NCBI GenBank assembly: GCA_040754455.1
Contig: JBFMCP010000001.1
Coordinates: 192,001-256,000, forward strand
Direction: 5' to 3'
Source: Nitrospirota bacterium
Lineage (GTDB): Bacteria > Nitrospirota > Thermodesulfovibrionia > Thermodesulfovibrionales > Dissulfurispiraceae
Length of the DNA stretch: 64,000 nucleotides
Both the position numbers and the translations under genes were made by a program. Shown here piece by piece: positions 56,314-64,000 of the stretch (position 1 is its first letter; each line of letters opens with the position of its first letter). The notes below the pieces were generated by a model. The model had not been told where the DNA came from. It was given only the letters and a program-made list of their open reading frames with translations, and searched no databases.

Positions 56314-57084
56314 ATGAGCACGGTAAAGATCGGTATTATCGGCGGTTCGGGAATGGATGACCCTCGTCTGATGAAGAATATAAAAGAGAAGAAGGTAAAG
56401 ACACCTTACGGTGTCCCCTCTTCTCCCCTGACGGTCGGCAAGATCAACAGTGTCGATGTCGTGATACTCGCCCGCCACGGGAAAGACCATTCGATTTATC
56501 CTACGGGAGTGAACTTCAGGGCGAATATCCATGCTCTCAAGAAAGAGGGATGCACCCACATTCTCGCCACGACCGCCGTCGGCTCTCTGCGGGAAAAGAT
56601 CAGGCCCGGCGATCTCGTCTTTGTCGACCAGTTCATCGACTTCACCAAGCACAGGCCGCTCACGTTTCACGATGAAAAGGTTATCCATACGCCGATGAGC
56701 GAGCCCTTTTGCAAAGAACTCCGCTCCCTCCTCATCCGCTCGGCAAAAGAGCTGAAATTCAGGCATCATGCGAAGGGCACGGTGATCACCATAGAGGGTC
56801 CGCGCTTCTCGACCAAGGCCGAATCGCATATGTTCAGAGCATGGGGCGCAGATGTCATCAATATGTCGACCGTGCCTGAAGTCATTCTGGCACGCGAGGC
56901 CGGCATCTGCTACCAGGCGATCGCCATGTCCACTGACTACGATTGCTGGAAGGAAGGCGAAGAGGCGGTCACCTGGGAGATGGTGCTCTCCATCATGTCG
57001 AAAAATGCGGAGAACGTTAAGAAGCTTCTCGTCGCAACGATTGCAAAGATAAAAGGAAGCGGCTGCACCGAATGCAAAGGATAA
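56314..57084 (+). CDS. mtnP: S-methyl-5'-thioadenosine phosphorylase
   Basis: [41 protein letters not shown]. Confidence 0.92.
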   Translation: MSTVKIGIIGGSGMDDPRLMKNIKEKKVKTPYGVPSSPLTVGKINSVDVVILARHGKDHSIYPTGVNFRANIHALKKEGCTHILATTAVGSLREKIRPGDLVFVDQFIDFTKHRPLTFHDEKVIHTPMSEPFCKELRSLLIRSAKELKFRHHAKGTVITIEGPRFSTKAESHMFRAWGADVINMSTVPEVILAREAGICYQAIAMSTDYDCWKEGEEAVTWEMVLSIMSKNAENVKKLLVATIAKIKGSGCTECKG

Positions 57085-57097
57085 CAGGAGGGTGTTC

Positions 57098-57631
57098 ATG
57101 ACCATCAAATCAAAAATCAGAACCATCCCGGATTACCCCAAGAAAGGCATCATGTTCCGGGATATCACCACGCTCATTAAAGATCCCGTCGGCTTCAGGC
57201 TGGTGATCGATAACTTCACACAGCGTTATGTCACGGGAGATGTGCCATTCGATGTGATCGTCGGCATCGAGTCGAGGGGGTTCATTATAGGAGGCGCGCT
57301 TTCCTATACACTGGGGAAAGGCTTCGTGCCGGTGCGAAAGGCCGGCAAGCTTCCAGGAGAAAAGATTAGCCATGAATATGCCCTTGAATACGGCACCGAT
57401 ACCATCGAGATGCATAAAGACTCGATACAGAACGGCACACGGGTGCTCCTGGTGGACGATCTGCTCGCGACCGGGGGGACGGCGCTTGCCTCCGCTGCTC
57501 TGATTGAAAAGCTGGGCGGCGTTGTATCTGAAATGGCGTTCATCGTTAATCTTCCCGATGTAGGTGGAGAAAAGCGCCTTGCCGAGAAAGGATATAAATT
57601 TTTCGCCCTGACCGAATTTGAGGGAGACTAA
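57098..57631 (+). CDS. apt: Adenine phosphoribosyltransferase
   Basis: PDYPKKGIMFRDIT, ESRGF, RKAGKLP, VDDLLATGGT. Confidence 0.95.
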   Translation: MTIKSKIRTIPDYPKKGIMFRDITTLIKDPVGFRLVIDNFTQRYVTGDVPFDVIVGIESRGFIIGGALSYTLGKGFVPVRKAGKLPGEKISHEYALEYGTDTIEMHKDSIQNGTRVLLVDDLLATGGTALASAALIEKLGGVVSEMAFIVNLPDVGGEKRLAEKGYKFFALTEFEGD

Positions 57632-57705
57632 AGAGAGATCAAAGATCAAAGAGAAAAATTTAAAGATGCGGAATCCCTTGTTTTTGATCTTTTCTCTTTT
57701 CATTT
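57630..57705. repeat. Heptamer-periodic inverted repeat (AAAGATC class)
   Basis: AGAGATC AAAGATC AAAGAGA AAAATTT ... TTTTGATC TTTTCTC TTTTCAT. Confidence 0.65.
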
Positions 57706-57711
57706 CGCTTG

Positions 57712-58359
57712 ATGCATAAAGTCATTGCCATAGACGGGCCGTCGGGTTCCGGTAAAAGCACCATCACCAAGCTGCTGGCGGAGAAGCTGGGATTCCAGCT
57801 TCTCGATACCGGCGCGCTCTATCGCGCGGTCGCCTTGCACCTGCGGAGGCAGCAGGTAGAGCCCGAGAGCACGGATGCCGAGATCCGGGATAAGCTTGAA
57901 AACGTCTCGATTATCTTCAAGGAGGGAAAGGTGCTGCTGAACGGCGAGGATGTCTCTGAGGCGATACGAACCACCGAGGCGGGGCACTATGCGTCGGTCT
58001 TCTCCGCCCGGAAAGTGGTACGGGACTTTCTCTTCCAGGTGCAGCGCGATGCCGCGCTCCACAGCGACATTGTGGCTGAAGGGAGGGACATGACCACCGT
58101 GGTGTTTCCCGATGCATGGAAAAAATTCTATCTCGATGCCTCTGAGGAGAGCAGGGCGAAAAGAAGGTACCAGCAATTGAAAGAAAAAGGGATTGCCACA
58201 ACCATGGAGGAGGCGATTCGGGATGTCAGGGAAAGGGATATACGGGACAGCAAGAGGGATATCGCGCCCCTGAAAAGGGCGGAGGACGCGCTCTATATCG
58301 ATACGACGAACCTGACGCCCGAGGAAGTGCTTTCGCTCATCCTCTCCTCTATCCGATAG
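57712..58359 (+). CDS. cmk: Cytidylate kinase
   Basis: IAIDGPSGSGKST, DTGALYR, EGRD.TTVVFP, RDIRD..R..APL. Confidence 0.95.
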   Translation: MHKVIAIDGPSGSGKSTITKLLAEKLGFQLLDTGALYRAVALHLRRQQVEPESTDAEIRDKLENVSIIFKEGKVLLNGEDVSEAIRTTEAGHYASVFSARKVVRDFLFQVQRDAALHSDIVAEGRDMTTVVFPDAWKKFYLDASEESRAKRRYQQLKEKGIATTMEEAIRDVRERDIRDSKRDIAPLKRAEDALYIDTTNLTPEEVLSLILSSIR

Positions 58360-58530
58360 CTTTTTGTATCATACGGCAAAAAATAATATCTACTTTTCTC
58401 ATAAAGTATTACAATTAAAATAATGTCTTCATTTTGACAGCAGTCGACGTAAGGAGATAAATGGCCGCTCTCGCCAGGCCGGATGTATAAAGCCTTGAAT
58501 AATAAATACAAAATCCTGTATCCTAAAAAT

Positions 58531-59433
58531 ATGAGTAAACATATCACCATAATCACGGCAAAACGCGCAGGCTTCTGCTTTGGGGTCAAGAGGGCTGTTG
58601 ATCTGGCCTTTGATGCTGCCAAAAGCGGCAATCAGGTATACACCCTCGGGCCGATCATCCATAATCCTCAAGTCATTGACAAGCTGAAGACCGAAGGCGT
58701 CAAACCTGTTGACAATATAAAAAACAATAGGATAAAGACGCTCATTATACGGACGCACGGCGTACCGCTGGAGGTATCGGAGCGTCTGACTGATGCGAAA
58801 TATGAGGTCATCGATGCGACCTGCCCTTTCGTGAAAAAGGCCCAGCAATATGCTAAACTTTTAAAGGAAGAGGGATATCAGGTTGTAATTATTGGGGATA
58901 AAGAGCATCCCGAGGTCAAGGGTCTCATGAGTTACGCCGGAGACGATGTCGTCGTCATCAACAAGGGCGATTCCCTTCCCCGGTTGAAAAGCAGGGTGGG
59001 AGTAATCGTCCAGACGACCCAGCCGGTAGCGCTGCTGAAGAAGACCATCCTCGATATCCTGGAGCTGGTCAAGGAGATTAAGGTCTACAACACTATTTGC
59101 AACTCTACGGCGTTACGGCTCAAGGAAACTGAGGATCTGGCAAAGCGTGTGGATGTGATGGTAGTTGTCGGCGGCAAGAACAGCGCAAACACCACGCAGC
59201 TTGCCAATCTCTGCATCTCCCGGAATGTTCCGACATACCACATCGAAACCGCATCGGAGCTGAAAGAAGAGTGGTTTCGAACCGCAACCACCGTCGGCAT
59301 AACAGCAGGGGCATCGACGCCGGATTGGCTCATTCACGAGGTGGAAGGAAGAATCAGCGATATAGGAGGAAGGGCACGTAATGGAAACACAGACCAGAGA
59401 AGAAACAAAAGAACTCGAAAAGCTGTACGCTGA
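58531..59433 (+). CDS. ispH: 4-hydroxy-3-methylbut-2-enyl diphosphate reductase
   Basis: GFCFGVKRA, IIHN, DATCPFV, HPEV, QTT, TICN, SANT, TAGASTP. Confidence 0.95.
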   Translation: MSKHITIITAKRAGFCFGVKRAVDLAFDAAKSGNQVYTLGPIIHNPQVIDKLKTEGVKPVDNIKNNRIKTLIIRTHGVPLEVSERLTDAKYEVIDATCPFVKKAQQYAKLLKEEGYQVVIIGDKEHPEVKGLMSYAGDDVVVINKGDSLPRLKSRVGVIVQTTQPVALLKKTILDILELVKEIKVYNTICNSTALRLKETEDLAKRVDVMVVVGGKNSANTTQLANLCISRNVPTYHIETASELKEEWFRTATTVGITAGASTPDWLIHEVEGRISDIGGRARNGNTDQRRNKRTRKAVR

Positions 59434-60985
59434 GACACTGCAGCGGGTAGAGCGGGGAGCGCTCACCCGCGGGAGAGTTATTGCAGTCAAAAGCGACGGC
59501 GTTGTCGTCGATGTGGGGTATAAGTCAGAAGGAATCATACCCGCCTCCGAATTCACTGATAAAGAGCTGGCAGAAATAAAAGAAGGCGATGTCGTCGAGG
59601 TCCTGGTCGAACGGATCAATGACGAAGAAGGAGTGGTCGTCCTCTCCAAAGAGAAGGCGTTGAAGATACGCGCCCTCGAAACACTCACGGCCGCGTACAA
59701 CAGCAACGCCCGCATCGAGGGGACCGTGCTCGAAAAGACAAAAGGAGGTCTCTTTGTCAATATCATGGGAATAAAGGCCTTTCTCCCCGCCTCCCAGATC
59801 GACATTAAGGGAGTGAAAGACCTCGATGCCTATATCGGGCAGACGATACCGTTGAAGATACTCAAACTGGCGCAGCAGAAAGGCGCTCCAAGCCATGCCC
59901 CCGGCATATCGATCATCGTATCTCGAAGGGCCATCATTGAGGAGGAGCGGAGCAAGAAAAAGGAAGAGACCCTCAAGGTCCTCATGGAAGGCGCCCTCCT
60001 CAAAGGCACGGTCAAGAACATAACGGACTACGGCGTCTTTGTCGACCTCGGCGGCATTGATGGATTGCTCCACATATCGGATATATCCTGGAGGAGAGTC
60101 AATCACCCTTCGGAGTTCTTCTCTATCGGCGATGAGGCGGAGTTCATCGTCCTCAAGTATGATCCTGAGACCGAGAAGGTCACCCTCGGGTACAAGCAAA
60201 AGATCGCCGACCCCTGGCTGACGGTCGATGAAAAGTATACACCCGGAATGAAGATCAAAGGCAAGGTGGTGACGATCACCGATTACGGCGTCTTCGTCGA
60301 GATCGAGGAAGGACTCGAGGGGCTGGTCCATGTATCCGAGCTGGATTGGGGTCCCCGTCTCAAGCACCCGTCAAAGTACGTTACTATCGGCGACGAGGTG
60401 GAAGCAGTCATCCTGAACATCAACAAAGAAGAGCGGAGATTATCCCTCAGCATAAAGCAGCTTTCACCCAAGCCCTGGGAGCTCGTCGGCGAGCGGTACA
60501 AGGTTGGGGACAGGGTGACCGGCAAGATAAAGACCATTACCGATTTCGGCGCCTTCATGAGACTTCCCGAAGGCGTCGACGGCCTGATTCATATCTCCGA
60601 CCTCTCCTGGACCAAACACATAAAACATCCCTCCGAGGTGCTGAAGAAAGGACAGAAGGTCGATGCCGTCGTGCTCAGTCTCGATCCTGAAAAAGAGCGC
60701 ATGGCCCTCGGCATAAAGCAGCTCACTCCCGATCCCTGGGAGAGAGAGATACCGGCAAAATTCAAGCTCGGCGAAGAGTTCAAGGGGAAAGTACTGAGGA
60801 TCACCGATTTCGGCATCTTTGTTGAACTCGAAGGCAGCGTCGAGGGGCTCGTCTACTCATCTGAGATCGATGCTTCAAAAGAGATCAAGGAAGGTGACGA
60901 GATACGGGTCCGGATCATAAAGCTCAATGTAGAGGACAGGAAGATCGGCCTGAGTATGAAGAACCTGAAATCCAATGAGAGTTAA
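59381..60985 (+). CDS. rpsA: 30S ribosomal protein S1
   Basis: Six S1 repeats (DYGVFVDL..IDGLLHISD etc.), RBS AGGAGG. Confidence 0.95.
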   Translation: METQTREETKELEKLYAETLQRVERGALTRGRVIAVKSDGVVVDVGYKSEGIIPASEFTDKELAEIKEGDVVEVLVERINDEEGVVVLSKEKALKIRALETLTAAYNSNARIEGTVLEKTKGGLFVNIMGIKAFLPASQIDIKGVKDLDAYIGQTIPLKILKLAQQKGAPSHAPGISIIVSRRAIIEEERSKKKEETLKVLMEGALLKGTVKNITDYGVFVDLGGIDGLLHISDISWRRVNHPSEFFSIGDEAEFIVLKYDPETEKVTLGYKQKIADPWLTVDEKYTPGMKIKGKVVTITDYGVFVEIEEGLEGLVHVSELDWGPRLKHPSKYVTIGDEVEAVILNINKEERRLSLSIKQLSPKPWELVGERYKVGDRVTGKIKTITDFGAFMRLPEGVDGLIHISDLSWTKHIKHPSEVLKKGQKVDAVVLSLDPEKERMALGIKQLTPDPWEREIPAKFKLGEEFKGKVLRITDFGIFVELEGSVEGLVYSSEIDASKEIKEGDEIRVRIIKLNVEDRKIGLSMKNLKSNES

Positions 60986-61829
60986 GAAGACCTGCCTCTC
61001 CATAACGCTGTTCGTCATCGCCCTCCTCGTTGTGAGTGCGGTAATCGTCCTTTTTCAGAAGCAGGTGCCCCTGGGAGAGAAGGTTGCGCTGGTAAAGGTC
61101 GAAGGCCCCATACTCGAGGCGAAATCGGTGGTGGACGAGTTGAAGGAGTACGCAAAGGATTCCTCGATAAAGGCAGTTGTCCTGCGGGTCAACAGTCCCG
61201 GCGGAGGGGTGGTCCCCTCCCAGGAAATTCATGATGAGGTCAAGAGGACGGCCGCTGTTAAAAAAGTGATTGTCTCCATGGGGTCGGTCGCTGCCTCGGG
61301 CGGCTACTATATATCCGCGCCAGCGAGCAGGATCATCGCCAACCCGGGTACGATCACCGGCTCCATCGGTGTGATTATGGAGGTGCCCAACATCCAGGGG
61401 CTCATGGATAAGCTCGGTGTCAAGACCGAAGTCGTAAAGAGCGGGAGATATAAAGACATTGCCTCGGTCTTTAGAGGTGTCGGGAAAGAGGAACGGGAAA
61501 TCCTCCAGGGCGTTATGGACGATGTCCATGAACAGTTCATGAGAGCCGTAGCAGAAGGCAGGAAAATCCCGCTCGACGAGGTGAGGAAGATTGCCGACGG
61601 CAGGATCTTCTCAGGGCGGCAGGCGATCGAGGCAAAGCTCGTCGATGAGCTCGGCGATCTCGATCACGCAATAAAAACCGCTGCAAAGCTGACGGGGATA
61701 AAGGGTGAGCCGGAGGTCGTGACCAAAAAGGAAAAATCACCTCTTCTGGATCTGCTCCAGGGAAAGATCCAGGAAACGGTAACGAAAGTCGTCCCGAAGA
61801 TAGAATTAAAATACATGTTTACATTGTAA
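60975..61829 (+). CDS. sppA: Signal peptide peptidase SppA (36K type)
   Basis: RVNSPGG, VAASGGYY, TGSIGV, DGRIFSG.QA. Confidence 0.93.
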   Translation: MRVKKTCLSITLFVIALLVVSAVIVLFQKQVPLGEKVALVKVEGPILEAKSVVDELKEYAKDSSIKAVVLRVNSPGGGVVPSQEIHDEVKRTAAVKKVIVSMGSVAASGGYYISAPASRIIANPGTITGSIGVIMEVPNIQGLMDKLGVKTEVVKSGRYKDIASVFRGVGKEEREILQGVMDDVHEQFMRAVAEGRKIPLDEVRKIADGRIFSGRQAIEAKLVDELGDLDHAIKTAAKLTGIKGEPEVVTKKEKSPLLDLLQGKIQETVTKVVPKIELKYMFTL

Positions 61830-61863
61830 CGATCCAACAAAACACATCATCTGGAGGAAAGGT

Positions 61864-62169
61864 ATGACAAAATCGGTACTCATTGAAAAGGTAACCGAAA
61901 AGGTTGAAGGGCTCACCAAAAAGCAGGTCGAAACCATCATCAATACGATTTTTGACGGCATGAAAGAGGCCCTTGCACGGGGGGAGAAGATAGAGATCAG
62001 GGGGTTCGGGAATTTCAGGATCAAACAGCGGAATGCAAAGGTTGCGCGCAATCCGCGGACCGGGGAGAAAGTCGAGGTGCCGGCAAAAAGAGTGCTCCAT
62101 TTCAAGCTCGGCAAACCGTTTCATGATGCGCTCAACATGCCTCAGGAGAAAGAGACGAGGCACGCATAG
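61864..62169 (+). CDS. ihfB: Integration host factor beta / HU family
   Basis: MTKS.LI, IEIRGFG.F, RNPRTG; follows rpsA-sppA. Confidence 0.88.
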   Translation: MTKSVLIEKVTEKVEGLTKKQVETIINTIFDGMKEALARGEKIEIRGFGNFRIKQRNAKVARNPRTGEKVEVPAKRVLHFKLGKPFHDALNMPQEKETRHA

Positions 62170-62192
62170 AAACCAGAATCCACCATCAACCC

Positions 62193-62280
62193 ATGGGACT
62201 TGGCAAGAGGCTATGGGCGATGGGCTATAGGTCAAAGAAACAGAGAAAAGATTTTTCCTACAGCCTATAGCCCATCGCCT
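62193..62280. repeat. Heptamer-periodic inverted repeat (ATGGGCT class)
   Basis: GGCGATGGGCTATAGG / CCTATAGCCCATCGCC 16-bp perfect IR. Confidence 0.75.
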
Positions 62281-62350
62281 TTTGCTTGTTTCTCCTCTGT
62301 GTACTTTGTAGTTTGCTTTTTTGATGGTGAAGCCAGGCCGCACTGTATCA

Positions 62351-62380
62351 TTGACAACCCTTCGAGTAAACCCGTATCAT
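62351..62380 (+). promoter_or_regulatory. Sigma70-like promoter of a probable leaderless oppD transcript
   Basis: TTGACA-N18-TATCAT, ATG 7 nt downstream. Confidence 0.6.
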
Positions 62381-62387
62381 GCTTACT

Positions 62388-63362
62388 ATGTCCTCGCTTC
62401 TCAGTATAGAGCATCTGTCGGTATTCTTTAAGACAGATACAGGCCTCTTGAACGTCATCGCCGATCTCTCCCTCGACATACAAAGAGCTGAAATCTTCGG
62501 CCTCGTCGGAGAGAGCGGCTGCGGCAAAAGCCTTACTGCCCTCTCTGTTCTGCGCCTGCTTCCTCCGAATGCGGTAGCGAAGGGAAATATCCTATTCGAC
62601 GGCGACAACCTCCTCGCCCTCAGCGAAGACGAGATGCGGCAGATACGCGGCAGGGACATCTCGATGGTATTCCAGGAGCCCATGACCTCTCTCAACCCCG
62701 TACTTACTGTCGGCTACCAGATCGCAGAGGCCCTGACAACCCATCTCGATATATCAAAGAGAGAGGCGATGAACCGGGCCATAGAGCTCCTGCAGGCCGT
62801 AAAGATCCCCTCGCCCGAGGTGCGTATAAAGGATTACCCGCACCAGATGTCGGGAGGTATGCGCCAACGGGTGATGATCGCCATGGCGATAGCCTGTAAT
62901 CCCTCCCTGCTCATTGCCGATGAGCCGACCACCGCGCTCGATGTGACGATCCAGGCCCAGATACTTGAGCTCCTCCAGGGACTGAGGAGAGAAAGGAACA
63001 TGGCGGTCCTGCTCATCACCCATGACCTGAGCATCATTTCCGAGCACGCAGACCGCGTCGCCATCATGTATGCAGGAAGAATTATGGAACTCGCCGCTGT
63101 AGATGAGTTGTTCAGCAACCCCCTTCACCCGTATACGATCGGCCTTCTGGAATCATTGCCCGTATCCAAAGGGACGCCGCTCAAGCCGATCACCGGGTTT
63201 GTGCCCCACCCCGACAGACTGCCCGGCGGCTGCAAGTTCTCGGACCGGTGCTTTGCCGCTCTGGATGAATGCAGAAGGGCTGAACCGGATTTAACGGAAG
63301 CAGCAAAAAACCATTTTGTGAGATGTATACGATGGAACGATATACAAAAGAGCTGCTCTTAG
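62388..63362 (+). CDS. oppD: Oligopeptide/dipeptide ABC ATPase (OppD/DppD)
   Basis: [41 protein letters not shown]-terminal GCKF..RC. Confidence 0.92.
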   Translation: MSSLLSIEHLSVFFKTDTGLLNVIADLSLDIQRAEIFGLVGESGCGKSLTALSVLRLLPPNAVAKGNILFDGDNLLALSEDEMRQIRGRDISMVFQEPMTSLNPVLTVGYQIAEALTTHLDISKREAMNRAIELLQAVKIPSPEVRIKDYPHQMSGGMRQRVMIAMAIACNPSLLIADEPTTALDVTIQAQILELLQGLRRERNMAVLLITHDLSIISEHADRVAIMYAGRIMELAAVDELFSNPLHPYTIGLLESLPVSKGTPLKPITGFVPHPDRLPGGCKFSDRCFAALDECRRAEPDLTEAAKNHFVRCIRWNDIQKSCS

Positions 63363-64000
63363 TTGCACAGGATTTGAAAAAATATTTTCCGATCAAAGGC
63401 AAATTCGCCGAGAAGGACAAATGGCTGCGCGCTGTCGACGGCGTGAGCTTCGAGGTAAAAAAGGACAGTGTCTTTGCAATCGTCGGTGAAAGCGGTTCAG
63501 GCAAATCAACAGTGGCGCGCCTGATATTGAAACTTCTCCCTCTTACCGGTGGGAAGGTGCTCTTTGAAGGGAACGACATATCGGTGATCCGCGGTGATGC
63601 GTTGAGACAATTCAGGAGATCGATGCAGGTCATCTTCCAGGATCCCTTCGCCTCGTTGAATCCCCGGATGAGGATCGTCGACACCCTCTCGGAGCCGCTC
63701 AAAATCCACAAGATCATTCCTCAACAGGAAATCAAGGAGCGGGTGATACAGCTCCTCGAAAAGGTCGGCCTGAACAGTGATGCCCTGAACAGATATCCCC
63801 ATGAATTCAGCGGCGGCCAGCGCCAGCGAATATGCATTGCGCGGGCGCTCACGCTCTCCCCGAAGCTCATTGTCGCGGACGAGCCGCTTTCGGCCCTCGA
63901 TGTCTCGATACAAGCCCAGATACTGAACCTCTTCCAGGACATCAGGAAGGAATCGGCAATCTCCTTTATCTTCATCAGCCACGATCTGAGGGTCGTCCGC
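63332..64000 (+). CDS. oppF: Oligopeptide/dipeptide ABC ATPase (OppF/DppF), runs off the window end
   Basis: [20 protein letters not shown]...AVDGVSF, GESGSGKST, FQDPFASLNP, RYPHEFSGGQRQR. Confidence 0.9.
   Translation, partial: MERYTKELLLVAQDLKKYFPIKGKFAEKDKWLRAVDGVSFEVKKDSVFAIVGESGSGKSTVARLILKLLPLTGGKVLFEGNDISVIRGDALRQFRRSMQVIFQDPFASLNPRMRIVDTLSEPLKIHKIIPQQEIKERVIQLLEKVGLNSDALNRYPHEFSGGQRQRICIARALTLSPKLIVADEPLSALDVSIQAQILNLFQDIRKESAISFIFISHDLRVVR

Noticed and set aside
58430..58495. Riboswitch upstream of ispH
   Set aside because: No recognisable aptamer consensus, and the likely ispH promoter lies downstream of this segment.

Overview
Core-metabolism window of a bacterial chromosome. Protein sequences and gene order (pheA-hisC-aroF...tyrA-aroA-cmk-ispH-rpsA-sppA-ihfB, futalosine menaquinone genes, a c7-type cytochrome) suggest an anaerobic Nitrospirota/Thermodesulfovibrionia-like or deltaproteobacteria-like organism; this is inference. 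About 62 CDS are present. I saw no rRNA, tRNA, CRISPR array, transposase or integrase. Main blocks: (1) a succinate dehydrogenase operon whose sdhAB and sdhCD are separated by a complete Liv-type ABC transporter and a CBS-ACT gene, beside malic enzyme and fumarase; (2) repair, menaquinone and redox genes; (3) an aromatic amino acid operon interrupted by a ~17 kb putative arylacetate uptake and salvage module (IorA/IorB, two PaaK, two ACT, PaaI, second AroF and HisC, Liv-type ABC, porin) that also contains a solo DUF262 gene and a small 2-TM ORF. The strongest non-obvious signals are non-coding. First, a ~150-210 bp dispersed element with nested inverted repeats occurs as 7 copies or fragments. 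Second, many 7-9 nt periodic repeat hairpins sit at operon junctions, and some invade coding sequence. Third, at least ten genes have a -10 box 5-8 nt before the ATG, which points to pervasive leaderless transcription. All calls come from reading the sequence and recognising motifs; no database searches were run.
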